From Candidatus Latescibacterota bacterium (GTDB lineage: Bacteria > Latescibacterota > UBA2968 > GCA-2709665): DNA of 64,000 nt. The position numbers were made by a program, and so were the translations under genes. Position 1 is the first letter of the stretch, and every line of letters starts with the position of its first letter. A model generated the notes under the pieces. It searched no databases and was not told the origin of the DNA. It worked only from the letters and a program-made list of their open reading frames with translations. Positions 48,842-61,468 of this stretch are shown piece after piece. The stretch spans positions 736,001 through 800,000 of the forward strand of contig CBDDDZ010000004.1 in assembly GCA_965226795.1 (NCBI GenBank), read 5' to 3'.

Positions 48842-49324
48842 ATGGACTTCCATCCGTTTATCGTCCACTTTCCTGTCGCCCTGCTCACCGTCGGCTTCTT
48901 CTGCGACGCCTTCGGCATCCTGTTCCGCAGGGATCAACTCCTCCACACAGGTTACCTTCTCCTGGTCCTGGGCGCCGTCTCGGCGATTGCGGCCGCGCTG
49001 ACCGGTAACGCCGCCGAGCAAGCGGCCGCCGACATCCCCGGCATCGACGCCGCGCTCGAACGGCACGAATCCATCTCCACCGCCGCCACGTGGCTGTCCA
49101 TCGCGCTTGCCCTCGTCCGCACTCACCTCACCGTAAAGAGAAAATTCGCCGGAACGGTGCGTGTCGTCTATCTCGCCGGAGTGGCGGCAACGGCAGTTCT
49201 CGTTGCCGTGAGCGGATATACGGGGGGTCGAATGACGTACGAATACGGGCCGGGCATCCGGCCAGTGGTGGAATCCCTCGGTCCGGACCGCCCGCTTCCA
49301 GGCGAGGACACGACCACACCCTAA
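48842..49324 (+). CDS. DUF2231-like membrane protein
   Basis: HPFIVHFPVAL, conserved His in ERHE and GYTGGRMTY. Confidence 0.8.
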   Translation: MDFHPFIVHFPVALLTVGFFCDAFGILFRRDQLLHTGYLLLVLGAVSAIAAALTGNAAEQAAADIPGIDAALERHESISTAATWLSIALALVRTHLTVKRKFAGTVRVVYLAGVAATAVLVAVSGYTGGRMTYEYGPGIRPVVESLGPDRPLPGEDTTTP

Positions 49325-49453
49325 GGTCGTTCTTGATCGGGGAACCGTTGTACCATACCTTTCCTTGGGAAAGGCATGCGCGCCTGCGCCGTTCCCGGCC
49401 CCGCTTCCTCCCGCGACACTTTCACATCACGCCGTTCGGAAAGGTCAGGCAGA

Positions 49454-51807
49454 ATGCATCCGGCAGCACATCCTCCGTTCCGCACCGCCGCCGTTCTGGG
49501 CGCGGGTGTCATGGGATCGCAAATTGCCGCCCACCTGGCCAACGCCGGGCTGTCCGTGCACCTGCTGGATCTTCCGGGCAATGAAAAAAACAGAAACGCT
49601 ATTGTCGACGGGGCGCTCAAGGGACTCGAGCGTCTGAGCCCCGCTCCCCTGTTTACGGAAGGAACCGCCCGCCGCATCACTCCCGGGAACATCGAGGACG
49701 ACTTCCACCTGGCGTCCGAAGCGGACTGGATCATCGAAGCCGTCGTTGAGAAGCCCCGGGTCAAGCAGCAGATTATGGCGCGCCTGGAAGCCACCGCGAA
49801 CAGCCATGCCGTTATTTCCACAACACCAGCGGCATCCCGATTCACCTGATCGCACAGGACCGGTCTTCGGATTTCAAGCGACGCTTCCTCGGCACGCACT
49901 TCTTCAACCCGCCGCGCTACCTTAAGCTCCTGGAACTCATCCCCCTTCCGGAAACCGATCCGGCCGTTGTCGACCGTATTTCGCGGTTTGGCCGCGTACG
50001 GCTGGGCAAAGGCATTGTCGTTGCAAACGACGCACCGGGCTTCATTGGCAACCGCATCGGCGTGTACGCCATGTTGCAGTGTATTAAAGCCTTTACGGAG
50101 GGCGGCTACACCATCGAGGAAGTAGACGCCCTTACGGGCCCGCTGCTGGGACGTCCCAGGTCCGCCACGTTCAGAACGGCCGACGTTGTCGGGCTGGACA
50201 CCCTCGCGCACGTTGCCGCCTACCTCCACGACGCCCTGCCGGACGACGAAAGCCGGGAACAGTTCCGGATACCCGAACTGGTAACCCACCTGGTTGAAAA
50301 TGGGGCCACCGGCGCCAAGGCGGGCATGGGTTTTTACAAGAAAGAGGGGCGGAACATCCTCTCGTTCAACCCGGAAACCCGCGCGTACGAACCTCCGGCG
50401 GAACAGAAACTGGGGGATCTCGAACCGATACGGAAACAGAGGGACCTTTCCCTGCGACTCCGCGGCCTTTACGCGCACGAAGGGCGGGCAGGCGCCTTCT
50501 TCCGGAGACACGTCCTGGAAACGCTGGGATACAGCGCCCGCCGTATCCCCGAAATCACCGCGAATCCGGCCGACATAGATCGCGCCCTGCGCTGGGGATT
50601 CGGCTGGGAGGCAGGGCCCTTTGAAATGTGGGATATCATCGGTTTCGATACCATCCTCGAAGACCTGGCAGCCGAGAACATCCACGTGCCGGGCTGGGTC
50701 GAAACCATGTCCAGGGCAGGCGCCTCCGGATTCCGCGACCGCTCACGGGTTTATCTGCCTGACCGCGGATACGTGCGGGAATCCGTGGCGGCCGACGAAT
50801 TCTCCTCTCCCGCCATCCACACGGAAAAGCAGCACATCCGCTGGCAAAACGAGGAAGCCGTTCTGCTTGACCTCGGAGAGGATATCGCCCTCTTCGAATA
50901 CCGCTCAAAAGCAAACTCCATGGGCGAAAAACTCGTACGCGGTCTTTTCGACGTGGTCGACATCGTCGAAAAGGGGAATTACCGCGGAATGGTCATCTGC
51001 AACGAGGGCAAGAACTTCTCCGTAGGTGCGAATCTCGGGGAAATGGTCGCGCACGCGGACCAGAACCGTTTCGACCGGATGGACCGGCTCCTGGTCAATT
51101 TCCAGCAGATGATCCAGCGGGTCCACTATTCGGGCAAACCCGTCGTCGTCGCCACTCACGGCCGTGTCCTCGGCGGCGGGTGCGAGCTCACGCTGGCCTG
51201 CGCCAGCCCCGTGGCCGCGGCGGAATCCTACATCGGTCTTGTGGAACTGGCCGTGGGACTCATCCCGGGCGGGTGCGGCACCATGCGCATGGCAGCGCTT
51301 TCTCACGAGCGCGCGTCGTCCGAGCACGACAGCCACATCCAGCCCTTTCTGACAAGGGCCTTTGAAACGGTGGCCATGGCAAAGGTATCCAACAGTGCTC
51401 ATCAGGCGAGGGAATACGGGTTTCTGCCGCCTGGTGCGGCCATTGTTATGAACCAGGACCACCGGCTCCACGCCGCCAGACAGGAAGTCCTGCGCCTCTC
51501 CAACCAGGGATACGCGCCGCCGCCGGTTCGCCTTGCTATCAGAGTCCTTGGCCAACCGGCACGCGCCAGGTTCGAGGTGACAACCTACAATAGGCTCCGC
51601 TCGGGTTTCATCACCGAATACGACCGCTACCTGGCCAACCGGTTCGCCTACGTGCTTACCGGCGGAGACCTTACCGGCCCCGCGAACGTACACGAAGATT
51701 ATCTTCTCGAACTGGAACGCGAAGTCTTCGTCGCCCTTACGGGCGAAGAGAAAACCCGGGAACGGATCTACAGCATCCTGCGGACCAACAGACCCCTTCG
51801 AAATTAA
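49454..51807 (+). pseudogene. 3-hydroxyacyl-CoA dehydrogenase/enoyl-CoA hydratase (FadN-type), frameshifted at ~49821 (pseudogene or sequence error)
   Basis: GAGVMG N-terminal part in one frame. NTSGIPI, HFFNPPRY, PGFIGNRIG, the crotonase domain and C-terminal PLRN in another. One base is missing in the STNTSG codons. Confidence 0.85.
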
Positions 51808-51862
51808 CCCGGACGGAATCCGGTCCGTCGGACGGTACAAGAGAGAAAAGGGCGAAACCGCC

Positions 51863-53047
51863 ATGATCAACGAAACCTGCATCGTCAGCAGCGTCCGCAC
51901 GGCTGTCGCCAAAGCCGGGAGAGGAGCCCTGCGCAATGTCCGGCCCGAAACCATGGGCGCCGCCGCCGTCAACGGCGCCATTGCACGGGTGGAGGGCCTT
52001 CCGCCCGCTCGTATCGACGACGTCATCATGGGCTGCGCATTTCCGGAAGCGCAGCAGGGGATGGTTCTCGGACGCGTAATTGCCCGGAAAGCGGGCCTGC
52101 CCGATACGGTTCCCGGCGTAACCATCAACCGCTTCTGCGCCTCCGGGCTGCAATCCATCGCGATGGCCCACCAGGCGATCTCCGCGGGCCAGGCCGACGT
52201 GATCGTCGCCGGCGGCGCCGAATCCATGAGTCTCGTGCCCATGGGCGGAAACCATTTCATGCCCGACCCCGACATCACGCGGGAAGACCCGGACCTCTAC
52301 ATCGACATGGGCAACACCGCCGAAAACCTGGCCGAAAGCCAGAACATCTCGCGGAAGGAACAGGACGACTTCGCCCTGCGTTCCCATCAGCGCGCGCTGA
52401 CCGCCGCCGCCGATGGCCGCTTCAACGACGAGATCGTACCCCTGCACGTGGCGGACACCGTGTACGACAATGGCCGGACAACATCCACCGAAACGACGTT
52501 CAGGGCGGACGAAGGGCCTCGCGCCGACACCAGCGCCGACGCCCTCGCCCGGCTCAGGCCGGCCTTTCGCGTTGGCGGCACGGTCACCGCGGGGAATGCC
52601 TCCCAGGTGTCGGACGGAGCGGCCGCAACGGTGGTCATGAGCGGACAGACGGCCAGAGAACTCCAGGTGGAGCCCATGGCGCGGCTCGTGGGTTATGCCG
52701 TGGCCGGCGTCGCGCCGGAAATCATGGGCATCGGACCCGCCGAAGCCGTTCCGAAAGCGCTGCACCAGGCGGGCCTCACCCTGGAAGATATCGGCCTGAT
52801 CGAACTGAACGAAGCGTTCGCGGCCCAGGCCCTCGCCGTAATCTGCAAACTGGGCCTGAACCCCGACATCGTCAACGTTAACGGCGGCGCCATCGCGCTC
52901 GGCCATCCCCTGGGCTGCACCGGCGCCAAACTCACCGCCACCCTCCTGCACGAGATGATCCGCCGTAACATCCGCTACGGCATCTGTACCATGTGCATCG
53001 GCAGCGGTATGGGCGCGGCGGGAATTTTCGAGAATCTAAAGGTGTAA
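51863..53047 (+). CDS. fadA: Acetyl-CoA C-acyltransferase (thiolase)
   Basis: NRFCASG, NEAFA, GHPLG and MCIGSG motifs. Confidence 0.93.
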   Translation: MINETCIVSSVRTAVAKAGRGALRNVRPETMGAAAVNGAIARVEGLPPARIDDVIMGCAFPEAQQGMVLGRVIARKAGLPDTVPGVTINRFCASGLQSIAMAHQAISAGQADVIVAGGAESMSLVPMGGNHFMPDPDITREDPDLYIDMGNTAENLAESQNISRKEQDDFALRSHQRALTAAADGRFNDEIVPLHVADTVYDNGRTTSTETTFRADEGPRADTSADALARLRPAFRVGGTVTAGNASQVSDGAAATVVMSGQTARELQVEPMARLVGYAVAGVAPEIMGIGPAEAVPKALHQAGLTLEDIGLIELNEAFAAQALAVICKLGLNPDIVNVNGGAIALGHPLGCTGAKLTATLLHEMIRRNIRYGICTMCIGSGMGAAGIFENLKV

Positions 53048-53052
53048 AATGC

Positions 53053-55500
53053 ATGGACGTTCTGACTTCCACCTACGGCGTCCTGTCCTTTTCTTACGTC
53101 GAAGCCTTCGGGATCGTGGTTCTCGTATGCGGTCTGGGTTTCAACGGCGCGCCGTTGTGGCTGTGGACCGCCCTCTCGGCCGCGGTTCTCTGGGCATTCG
53201 GTGCGACCGGCGGCCCCTGGTTGGGCTTCGGCGCCCTCGCGCTGCTCTTCAACCTCCGGCCGTTGCGGCGCATACTGATATCCTCCTGGATCCTCAGAGT
53301 CCTCAAGGCCCTCCGCCTCCTTCCAACCCTATCTCCGACAGAACAGGCCGCCATCGAGGCCGGAAGCGTATGGATTGACGCCGACCTTTTCTCCGGAAAA
53401 CCCGATTTCCGACGCCTTAACAGCGAACCCTATCCGGAACTGAGCGAAACGGAACGGGCATTCCTCGGCGGCCCCGTAGAAGCCGCGTGCCGCCTGGCCG
53501 ATGACTGGCAGATTCACCGGAACCGGGATCTGCCCCAGGATCTCTGGGATTATCTCAAGCAGCACCGGTTCTACGGTATCATCATCCCGGAGGAATTCGG
53601 CGGGCTCGGATTCTCCACCTCCGCTCACAGCGCGATTGTGGGCAAGCTGGCCTCCCGATCCATGCCTCTCGCCGTGACCGTAATGGTGCCCAACTCGCTC
53701 GGGCCCGCGGAACTCCTGATCCACTACGGCACCCGGGACCAGAAGGAACACTACCTGCCGCGGCTGGCGCGGGGGGAGGAGATTCCGTGCTTTGCCCTCA
53801 CCGAGCCGAACGCCGGCTCCGACGCCGGCAGTATCCGATCCAGCGGGGTTGTCTTCAGAGACGAGGATGGGCGGCTGTGCCTGCGGTTGAACTGGAACAA
53901 GCGATATATCACCCTCGCTTCAATATCCACGCTCATCGGCCTGGCATTCAAACTCGAGGATCCGGACAATCTGCTCGGTAGAGGCGAAAATCCGGGCATC
54001 ACCTGCGCCCTCGTTCCCCGCGACACGCCCGGCGTCGTCGTGGACAGACGGCACGACCCGATGGGCGTACCCTTTCACAACGCCCCCACCGGGGGCCGGG
54101 ACGTAATCGTCCCGGCCGACGCCATCATCGGCGGGCCCGAAGGCGCTGGCCGGGGGTGGCGCATGCTCATGGAATCCCTGGCCGCGGGACGCGGCATCTC
54201 CCTTCCCGCAACAGCAGCCTTCGGCGCCAAGCTGACCGCGAGAGTGGCGGGCGCCCACGCCACCGTACGCAAACAGTTCGGCCTGTCCATCGGCCGATTC
54301 CAGGGCGTTGAGGAGCCGCTCGCGCGGATCGGCGCCTTTGCCTACCTGATGGAAGCCGCGAGGCGTTTTACCTGCGGCGGCCTGGACGGGGGCGCAAAAT
54401 CGGCCGTTGTTTCCGCCATCGTCAAATTCAATCTCACGGAACTTCATCGGAAGGCCATTCTGGACGGCATGGACATCCTGGCCGGCAACGCCATCGCCCA
54501 GGGACCGAGAAACCTGCTCGCCCGGTCGTATCTCTGGGCGCCCATCGCCATCACCGTGGAAGGCGCCAATATCCTCACGCGAACCTTCATCACGTTCGGG
54601 CAGGGGGCCATCCGGTGCCATCCGTACATATACGCGGAAATACAGGCGCTCAAATCGGACGACCTGCGCGCCTTCGACCGCGCTTTCTGGGCGCATGCGG
54701 GCCACTTTATCCGCAACGCCTTCCGCGCCTCGCTCCTGAGCCTGTCGCGCGGATACCTGGCCACATCGCCCGTGGGAAGGCCCGCGTCCCGGTACATCCG
54801 CAAACTGGCCTGGGCATCCGCTTCGTTCGCCTTCCTGGCCGACGTCGCCGTGGTTACGATGGGCGGCGCCCTGAAAAAAGAAGAAAAGCTGGCCGGTCGC
54901 TTCGCGGACATTCTCTCCTGGATGTATCTGGGCTCGGCCGTCCTGCGCCGCTTTGAAGCGGAGGGCCGCAGACCCGGCCATCTGCCCTATCTGCACTGGG
55001 CGATGCAATACGCGCTTGCGCAGATTCAGCTCGGTTTCTCCGGCCTGTTCCAGAATCTGCGCGTCTTGCCCGGCCTCGATCTGATATTCCGCTATCCCGG
55101 CGCGTTGTGGTCGCGCCTCAATCCCATCGGCCGGATGCCGTCAGACGCCCTCGGCGGCGAGGTCGCCCGCGCCGTCCGGACGCCCGGCCCCGACAGGGAC
55201 GCGCTTACCGCGGGCATATACCTGCCGGACTCGACCAGCGAAGCCCTGGGCCGCCTGGAAGCCGCGTTTGCACTCTCCTGCGAGGCCGAACCCATTTCCC
55301 TAAAAATCAGAGAGGCCGCCCGCGCGGGCCTGCTCTCGGGCCGGGACCCCAACCGTCTGGTCTTACAGGCCCTGGAAAAAAAGCTGATCACACAGGAAGA
55401 CGCACAACTGTTCCGGCGCGCCGAGGCCGCCCGGGATCAGGCGATCAGGGTGGACGCCTTCACCCCGGAAGAGTACCTCCAGCTACCGAATAAGGGATAG
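53053..55500 (+). CDS. fadE: Acyl-CoA dehydrogenase, long FadE type
   Basis: N-terminal [30 protein letters not shown] and a DUF1974-like tail ending VDAF. Confidence 0.9.
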   Translation: MDVLTSTYGVLSFSYVEAFGIVVLVCGLGFNGAPLWLWTALSAAVLWAFGATGGPWLGFGALALLFNLRPLRRILISSWILRVLKALRLLPTLSPTEQAAIEAGSVWIDADLFSGKPDFRRLNSEPYPELSETERAFLGGPVEAACRLADDWQIHRNRDLPQDLWDYLKQHRFYGIIIPEEFGGLGFSTSAHSAIVGKLASRSMPLAVTVMVPNSLGPAELLIHYGTRDQKEHYLPRLARGEEIPCFALTEPNAGSDAGSIRSSGVVFRDEDGRLCLRLNWNKRYITLASISTLIGLAFKLEDPDNLLGRGENPGITCALVPRDTPGVVVDRRHDPMGVPFHNAPTGGRDVIVPADAIIGGPEGAGRGWRMLMESLAAGRGISLPATAAFGAKLTARVAGAHATVRKQFGLSIGRFQGVEEPLARIGAFAYLMEAARRFTCGGLDGGAKSAVVSAIVKFNLTELHRKAILDGMDILAGNAIAQGPRNLLARSYLWAPIAITVEGANILTRTFITFGQGAIRCHPYIYAEIQALKSDDLRAFDRAFWAHAGHFIRNAFRASLLSLSRGYLATSPVGRPASRYIRKLAWASASFAFLADVAVVTMGGALKKEEKLAGRFADILSWMYLGSAVLRRFEAEGRRPGHLPYLHWAMQYALAQIQLGFSGLFQNLRVLPGLDLIFRYPGALWSRLNPIGRMPSDALGGEVARAVRTPGPDRDALTAGIYLPDSTSEALGRLEAAFALSCEAEPISLKIREAARAGLLSGRDPNRLVLQALEKKLITQEDAQLFRRAEAARDQAIRVDAFTPEEYLQLPNKG

Positions 55501-55564
55501 AGGACCGCGGCGGCGGCACACCTCGAATCAGACACAAGCCCCCAACTCCCGAGGAGCGCAATCG

Positions 55565-57190
55565 ATGCAAGGTCTCATGATGGACTATCCCCTCACCATG
55601 GACCGGATCCTTGAGCACGCGAATCGTCTGTACCCTCACAAACGTATTACCACCGGATTGCCTGACGGAACGATGCACCGATACACCTATGCGGAAATGT
55701 ACCGACGGTCAAAGCGGCTCGCCAGCGCACTGGGCGGCCTGGGCATTGAACCAGGGGACCGGGTGGGCACCTTCGCGTGGAACAACTACCAGCACCTGGA
55801 ACTGTATTTCGCCGTCCCTTGCAACGGCGCCGTCTGTCATACGCTCAACATCCGGCTCTCTCCCGAACAGCTGGCTTATATTATCAACCACGCGGAAGAC
55901 AAAGCCATCTTTGTGGACGCGACCCTGCTGCCCCTCTTTGAAGCCGTGGCGTCCAGACTCGACCGCCCCCCGCGTACCGTCCTGTTCAACGCCGATCCGG
56001 GTATCCGGACCGGCCTATCCGACATTTACTTCTATGAAGACCTCATAGCCAGCGGAAGCGACGCGTTTGAGTGGCCTGTAACCGACGAGACCGCGGCCAT
56101 GGGCCTCTGCTATACCAGCGGCACGACCGGCGAGCCAAGGGGCGCGCTCTACTCGCACCGGTCGATGTTTCTGCACACCCTCGGCGTTAACCAGTCCAAC
56201 GCCTTGGGAATTGTGGAATCGGACATCGTTATGCCCGTCGTTCCTCAGTTTCACGCCATGGCATGGGGTTTGCCCTATGCCTGCGCCATGGCCGGCGCGG
56301 AGTTGGTCCTGCCCGGACCCCACCTGAAACCCCGTGCCCTGGCCGGGATGATCGAGAACGAAAGCGTGACGGTTCCCGCCGGCGTACCCACCATCTGGAC
56401 CGGGCTCTATGAAGAACTGAAAGTCAATCCACGCGACATCTCCTGTATCCGGTCGCTGATCGTCGGCGGTTCGGCCATGCCGCGCGGCCTGATCGAAGCC
56501 TTCGAGACGGAACTGAACGTCCCGGTCGTCCACGCCTGGGGGATGACCGAACTCTCCCCTCTGGGCACCGTCTCCAGGCTGCAACGCCATCATCGCACCC
56601 TTTCGGACGCGGACAGGTGGGACGTCAAAGCCCGACAGGGCTATCCCATTTCCGGTGTTGAAATGCGGATCGTGGACGATTCCGGCAACCAGGCGCCGTG
56701 GGACGGCAGCACCATGGGCGAAATACAGGTCAGGGGCCCCTGGGTGATCGGTAGCTATTACAAACAGGAACCCGGACCCGATCACTTCACCGCCGACGGG
56801 TGGTTCCGAACCGGCGACGTCGGCTCGATGAGCCCGGACGGCTTCCTCACCATCACGGACCGGACCAGAGACCTCATCAAGAGCGGCGGCGAGTGGATCT
56901 CAAGCGTCGAGTTGGAGAACACGCTGATGGGCCACCCGGCCGTCACAGAGGCCGCCGTAATCGCCATACCCGACGCGAAATGGACGGAGCGCCCCGTCGC
57001 CATCGCGGTTCTGTCGCCCAGCGCCGACCCGGCCACGGGCGCAGAACTCCGGGCGTACCTCGCGTCCCAATATCCGAAATACTGGGTGCCCGACAGAATC
57101 GTCTTCGTGGAGCAAATACCCAAAACCAGTGTGGGAAAACTGAATAAGAAAGTCATCCGCCGGCAATATGCGGAGGGACTGTTCGGATAG
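55565..57190 (+). CDS. Fatty-acid--CoA ligase
   Basis: [25 protein letters not shown] and PKTSVGK motifs. Confidence 0.93.
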   Translation: MQGLMMDYPLTMDRILEHANRLYPHKRITTGLPDGTMHRYTYAEMYRRSKRLASALGGLGIEPGDRVGTFAWNNYQHLELYFAVPCNGAVCHTLNIRLSPEQLAYIINHAEDKAIFVDATLLPLFEAVASRLDRPPRTVLFNADPGIRTGLSDIYFYEDLIASGSDAFEWPVTDETAAMGLCYTSGTTGEPRGALYSHRSMFLHTLGVNQSNALGIVESDIVMPVVPQFHAMAWGLPYACAMAGAELVLPGPHLKPRALAGMIENESVTVPAGVPTIWTGLYEELKVNPRDISCIRSLIVGGSAMPRGLIEAFETELNVPVVHAWGMTELSPLGTVSRLQRHHRTLSDADRWDVKARQGYPISGVEMRIVDDSGNQAPWDGSTMGEIQVRGPWVIGSYYKQEPGPDHFTADGWFRTGDVGSMSPDGFLTITDRTRDLIKSGGEWISSVELENTLMGHPAVTEAAVIAIPDAKWTERPVAIAVLSPSADPATGAELRAYLASQYPKYWVPDRIVFVEQIPKTSVGKLNKKVIRRQYAEGLFG

Positions 57191-57221
57191 CCGGCCACGT
57201 ACCGGGACACAAGGAACCGCC

Positions 57222-57953
57222 ATGCCTCTTCACCTCAAGAACCCTCACAGCATCCTGGCCGTCCTCCAAACCCGACCCCAGGACGTCTACGAAATACATC
57301 TTCCGGACCCTGTCGCCGGCCTGTGGAGACAGATCAGGGCGTCCGCCGCGGAAATCGGCGTTAAAATTACCCGCGAAACCCGGACTTCCCAGAGGCAAAA
57401 CCGGGCCGGCCGCGCGGGCGGCGCCGAAGCCGCCGTCAAGGAACGACCCCCGGTCACCATCCAGGAACTCTTCGCGCACGCCCCCGCCACCGGATTGTGG
57501 CTTGCGCTTGACCAGGTACAGGATCCGCACAACGTCGGCGCGATCTTTCGAACCGCCGCTTTCTTCGGTGTTCACGGCATCCTGCTTACGCGGGACCGTT
57601 CCGCCCCGCTCACGGGAACCGTGTATGACGTCGCCTCCGGCGGCGTTGAACACGTGCCTTTTGCCTTTCTGCCCAATCTCAGCCGTGCTCTCGACCTGGC
57701 ACGGACGTCAAACCTCTGGATCCTTGGCGCGTCCGAACACGCCGATGCCGGCCTCGGCCAAATCGCCGCCGATCGACCCTGGCTGCTCGTTCTGGGCAAC
57801 GAGGAACGCGGGCTCCGCCGTCTCACCCTGGACAAGTGCGACGCCACCTGCAGCATTCCTTCCCTCGGTAACGTCCCCTCCCTCAACGTCTCCGTCGCCG
57901 CGGGTATCTTCATCCAGAAACTCGCAATCCCGCCGCAACAGACCTCCCCATAG
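57222..57953 (+). CDS. TrmH/SpoU-family RNA 2'-O-methyltransferase (RlmB-like)
   Basis: DQVQDPHNVGAIFR, LGNEERG and SLNVSVA motifs. Confidence 0.9.
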   Translation: MPLHLKNPHSILAVLQTRPQDVYEIHLPDPVAGLWRQIRASAAEIGVKITRETRTSQRQNRAGRAGGAEAAVKERPPVTIQELFAHAPATGLWLALDQVQDPHNVGAIFRTAAFFGVHGILLTRDRSAPLTGTVYDVASGGVEHVPFAFLPNLSRALDLARTSNLWILGASEHADAGLGQIAADRPWLLVLGNEERGLRRLTLDKCDATCSIPSLGNVPSLNVSVAAGIFIQKLAIPPQQTSP

Positions 57954-58067
57954 AGGGCCGGTATCGCCCGTCACTACCGCCGGCAGGCATCATGGGACAA
58001 GAGCGCCGCCCTTGTCGCAGTCTCAGTTCTGCCGTATTTTTTTTGAAAAAATTCAGGAGAAGCGCCG

Positions 58068-58694
58068 ATGCGCGAAACCATCTTCTGGGACGTGGATACC
58101 CAGTACGACTTTATCATGCCCGATGGCAAACTCTACATCCGGGAGGCGGAAAAAATCCTTCCCAACCTCAAGCGGCTCACCGCCTGCGCCCGGCAGCGAA
58201 AAATCCCCGTCTTCGGCTCGGTAGACTACCACAACCCCGAAGATCCCGAGATTTCGGATTCGCCCGACTTCAGGAACACCTTTCCGCCGCACTGCCTCAA
58301 GGGCACCCCGGGCCAGCGAAAGGTCCCGGAAACACGACCCGGAAATCCGATGTGGATCGACGGCGACCCGGAGGATCCCATTGCCCTCAGCCAGCGGATC
58401 CGCAGCCACACCGGTGAGATCATCTTCCGCAAACAGCGCTTCGACGTTTTCACCAACCGGAACGTGGACCCCGTACTGGACATCGTCAGACCCGGGCACA
58501 TCGTACTGTACGGCGTTGCCCTGGACGTCTGCAATGCCCACGCCATCAACGGCTTCCTGGCGAGAAACACCGCCCCCATCCAGCTTGTCCTGGACGCCAC
58601 GCAGGCTATCTTCCCCGAACGCGGAGAAACGCTCGTGGAAGGCTGGAAGGCACGGGGCGTCACCGTCGTATCTACCGACGAAGTCACACGATAG
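58068..58694 (+). CDS. Nicotinamidase / isochorismatase-family cysteine hydrolase
   Basis: DVDTQYDF, DYH, PPHC, K and GVALDVC catalytic motifs. Confidence 0.88.
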   Translation: MRETIFWDVDTQYDFIMPDGKLYIREAEKILPNLKRLTACARQRKIPVFGSVDYHNPEDPEISDSPDFRNTFPPHCLKGTPGQRKVPETRPGNPMWIDGDPEDPIALSQRIRSHTGEIIFRKQRFDVFTNRNVDPVLDIVRPGHIVLYGVALDVCNAHAINGFLARNTAPIQLVLDATQAIFPERGETLVEGWKARGVTVVSTDEVTR

Positions 58695-58792
58695 AGAGAG
58701 TCGCGATCGGGAGTACGCGAGGGGAAAGGGATGGGCGAATTCGGGCGGGGGACCTGCCAGAGGCCAATCCTGCAGCCGCAGTTGTAAACGAA

Positions 58793-58834
58793 AACACCAT
58801 CGCCCGCAAATTGCGGGCGATGGTGTTATTTTTT
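58793..58834. terminator. Bidirectional terminator
   Basis: 17-bp perfect inverted repeat AACACCATCGCCCGCAA/TTGCGGGCGATGGTGTT between convergent genes. Confidence 0.85.
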
Positions 58835-58847
58835 GTGCGCGTCGCGC

Positions 58848-59945
58848 CTATTTTCCCGCGGACACATTGAGGTCTTTTAACAAATCGAGGTACTGGCCGT
58901 ACCCGGCGGTCTTCAATTCGTTCATGGGAATAAACCTCAGCGAAGCCGAATTGATACAATACCGCAGACCGGTGGGGGGAGGCCCGTCGGGGAACACATG
59001 GCCGAGGTGGGAGTCCCCGAACTTGCTCCGAATCTCGGTACGGGTCGTGAAGAGGCTGCTGTCGACGTGCTTCACGATGTGTTCCCGGACCATCGGCTGG
59101 GTGAAGCTCGGCCATCCGGTACCCGACCGGTATTTGTGCGTTGAACTGAAAAGCGGTTCGCCCGAGACGATATCCACGTAGATTCCCGGCTTCTTGTTAT
59201 CCCAGTACTCGTTGCGGAACGGCCGCTCGGTGCCGTCTTCCTGGGTCACGTTCCACTGCAGCGGCGTCAGCTTCCGGCGCAACGCCGACGCGGGGGGTTT
59301 TACCCAGGTCCCTTCGGAGGATTTAGCGGGCTTGTCCCGGCCCCAGACCCCCTCGATAAACCGGTCGCGACCCGAGCCCTTCCGGTAGCGGTTGTATTGG
59401 GCCGGCTTTTTCTTGTAGTAATCCTGGTGGTATTTCTCAGCCGGGTAAAACGTTTGCGCAGGGCGGATGGGCGTGACGATGGGAGCGTTGAAGCGACCCG
59501 ACTCGCCCAGCGCTTTTTTTGAAGCTTCGGCCAGCTGCTTCTGCTTCTCGTCGTGGCAGAAAATGGCCGACGTGTACTGGTGGCCCCGGTCGTAGAACGA
59601 CCCGCCGGCATCGGTGGGGTCGAACTGCCGCCAGAAAACGTCGAGCAATTCAGCGTAGGTGACGACGGAGGGGTCGTATGTGACAAGCACCGACTCGATG
59701 TGCCGGGTGCTGCCTGAACTGACCTGGCTGTAGGTCGGATTCAGGCGTTCCCCGCCGGTATAGCCGGATACCGCGGAGACGACCCCCTCGAGTTTATCGA
59801 AGGGAGCTTCGATGCACCAGAAGCAGCCGCCGGCGAACGTGGCCTGTTCCACGTTTTTGGTTTCGGACCGGCTGTCCCGCGCGCCGAAGGCCAGGGCGAC
59901 AATCAGCGTGGCAGCGGTCAACAACAGCACAAGTGGCGTTTTCAT
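58848..59945 (-). CDS. msrAB: Exported bifunctional methionine sulfoxide reductase MsrA-MsrB
   Basis: Signal peptide, [25 protein letters not shown] and RYCINS. AGGAGG RBS. Confidence 0.95.
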   Translation of the reverse strand: MKTPLVLLLTAATLIVALAFGARDSRSETKNVEQATFAGGCFWCIEAPFDKLEGVVSAVSGYTGGERLNPTYSQVSSGSTRHIESVLVTYDPSVVTYAELLDVFWRQFDPTDAGGSFYDRGHQYTSAIFCHDEKQKQLAEASKKALGESGRFNAPIVTPIRPAQTFYPAEKYHQDYYKKKPAQYNRYRKGSGRDRFIEGVWGRDKPAKSSEGTWVKPPASALRRKLTPLQWNVTQEDGTERPFRNEYWDNKKPGIYVDIVSGEPLFSSTHKYRSGTGWPSFTQPMVREHIVKHVDSSLFTTRTEIRSKFGDSHLGHVFPDGPPPTGLRYCINSASLRFIPMNELKTAGYGQYLDLLKDLNVSAGK

Positions 59946-60154
59946 TTGGTATCCTCCTGAGATTCCCGGCAATCGGGCTGGATGTTGCACGTTGGATCAA
60001 ATCGACTAAAAAATAGCAAATTTGGGGTGCCGATGGTATCCCTAAACCTGAAAATGGCGAAGATTAAGCGATCATGGTCCCATCGGTCGGCATTCTGGAA
60101 CTGCGTTCCGGGCGGACACAGGCTCTTCCGCTCCATTCATTTTTTTTCCTCTTC

Positions 60155-60375
60155 GTCCTTTTTCTTGTTCGCGCAAGAAAAAGGACCAAAAAGAACCGCG
60201 CCGCTCAAACGCCGCGGGGCTGCTTTTCCGCGAACTGCTCCGGCAACGGAGACCAGGGTTTGCGCCCTGCGAAGTCTTCAGCACTTCTCAAGCGACGTTG
60301 ATGAACGGAATTACGCGGAAAAGCCCCCTCCCGATCGGACCGGGCGCACGAGAGGTTCACCGGATAGGACTGCTG
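60155..60375 (+). repeat. Structured intergenic repeat, copy B
   Basis: Colinear with 43159-43375, with compensatory stem changes. Confidence 0.75.
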
Positions 60376-60586
60376 TATGTCTTGGGCTGTTGCTGCACGA
60401 AAGACGGGCGGTTCCCGAACCGCCCCTGCCAAAACCAGACATCCGGGCATTGATATCGCCACGCCGTATCGCATTCCCCTTTTTGCTTTCTGTTTTAAGC
60501 TGACTGCTGATTCCTATTCACTGCCTTTTCCTTTGTGTCGTCGTGTCTCAGTGTGAGCTGATGTTTCGTCGACACTTTTTTCAGAC

Positions 60587-60615
60587 TTGATATATGAACA
60601 TTTGTTCAGTATATT
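60587..60615 (+). promoter_or_regulatory. Sigma70 promoter with a LexA-like box in the spacer
   Basis: TTGATA-N17-TATATT, with GAAC-ATTT-GTTC at 60596-60607. Confidence 0.75.
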
Positions 60616-60621
60616 CAGGAT

Positions 60622-61419
60622 ATGGCCCACTCCCATCTCGAAATCGAAGAGACCGGGGCGCGTTCGGTCCTGATGCCACAGGACGGTCCTCCGGTCACCC
60701 GATACACCCTAAATCCGTATGTCGGATGCGGAATGGGGTGCGCCTATTGCTACGTAATGAAATACCACTACGCCGTGGAACACCCTTTGCCGTGGGGCGC
60801 ATGGGTCCAGCCCAAAATGAACGCGCCGTTTCTTCTGGGCAAGGCCCGCGACAAAATCTGGGGGAGGCGGATTTTCGTGGGTTCCGCCACCGACCCGTAC
60901 CAATACGTGGAACGGCAGTACCGGCTGACCCGCCGCTGCCTGGGCGTCCTGCTGGACAGCAACCCGAAAGACGTTGTGGTGCACACGCGCAGCCACCTGG
61001 TTCTGGACGACGTGGAACTGCTGCGGACGTTCAAGAACCCCCTGCGCGTGTGTTTTTCCGTGCCCACCGACGACGACCGCGTACGGCGAAAGCTGGAGCC
61101 GCACGCCCCTCGCATCGACGCCAGGCTGAAGACCATGCGGCGCCTCAGGTCCGCCGGCATTCACGTTACCGCGGCGGTGGCGCCTCTTCTACACTGTGAG
61201 CCGGCCCGCTTTACCGGGCTGCTGAAAGACGCCGCTGACGACGTTTACACCGGGACAATGCGCTACACCGACAAAACGGGCCTGCAGTGGAAGGACCGGG
61301 CGCAGGCCTATTTCCGGAGCGCCCGTTACACGAACCTGGCCGCCGAGATGGACCGCTGCCTCGACGCTGCGGGTCTGAAGACAAACCGGGACGACGAAAG
61401 AGATTTCGCGTCACGATGA
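60622..61419 (+). CDS. Radical SAM protein, SplB/spore photoproduct lyase-like
   Basis: LNPYVGCGMGCAYCY (CxxxCxxC), GSATDPYQ..E..Y.LTR and TRS motifs. Confidence 0.88.
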   Translation: MAHSHLEIEETGARSVLMPQDGPPVTRYTLNPYVGCGMGCAYCYVMKYHYAVEHPLPWGAWVQPKMNAPFLLGKARDKIWGRRIFVGSATDPYQYVERQYRLTRRCLGVLLDSNPKDVVVHTRSHLVLDDVELLRTFKNPLRVCFSVPTDDDRVRRKLEPHAPRIDARLKTMRRLRSAGIHVTAAVAPLLHCEPARFTGLLKDAADDVYTGTMRYTDKTGLQWKDRAQAYFRSARYTNLAAEMDRCLDAAGLKTNRDDERDFASR

Positions 61420-61468
61420 ATGCTGCATGGCCACGCCGACGGAAGATCACCAGAACGACCATGACATC

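Noticed and set aside
58848..59945. Functional link between exported MsrAB and the TlpA thioredoxins
   Set aside because: It is biochemically plausible, but the genes are about 50 kb apart with no evidence of co-regulation.
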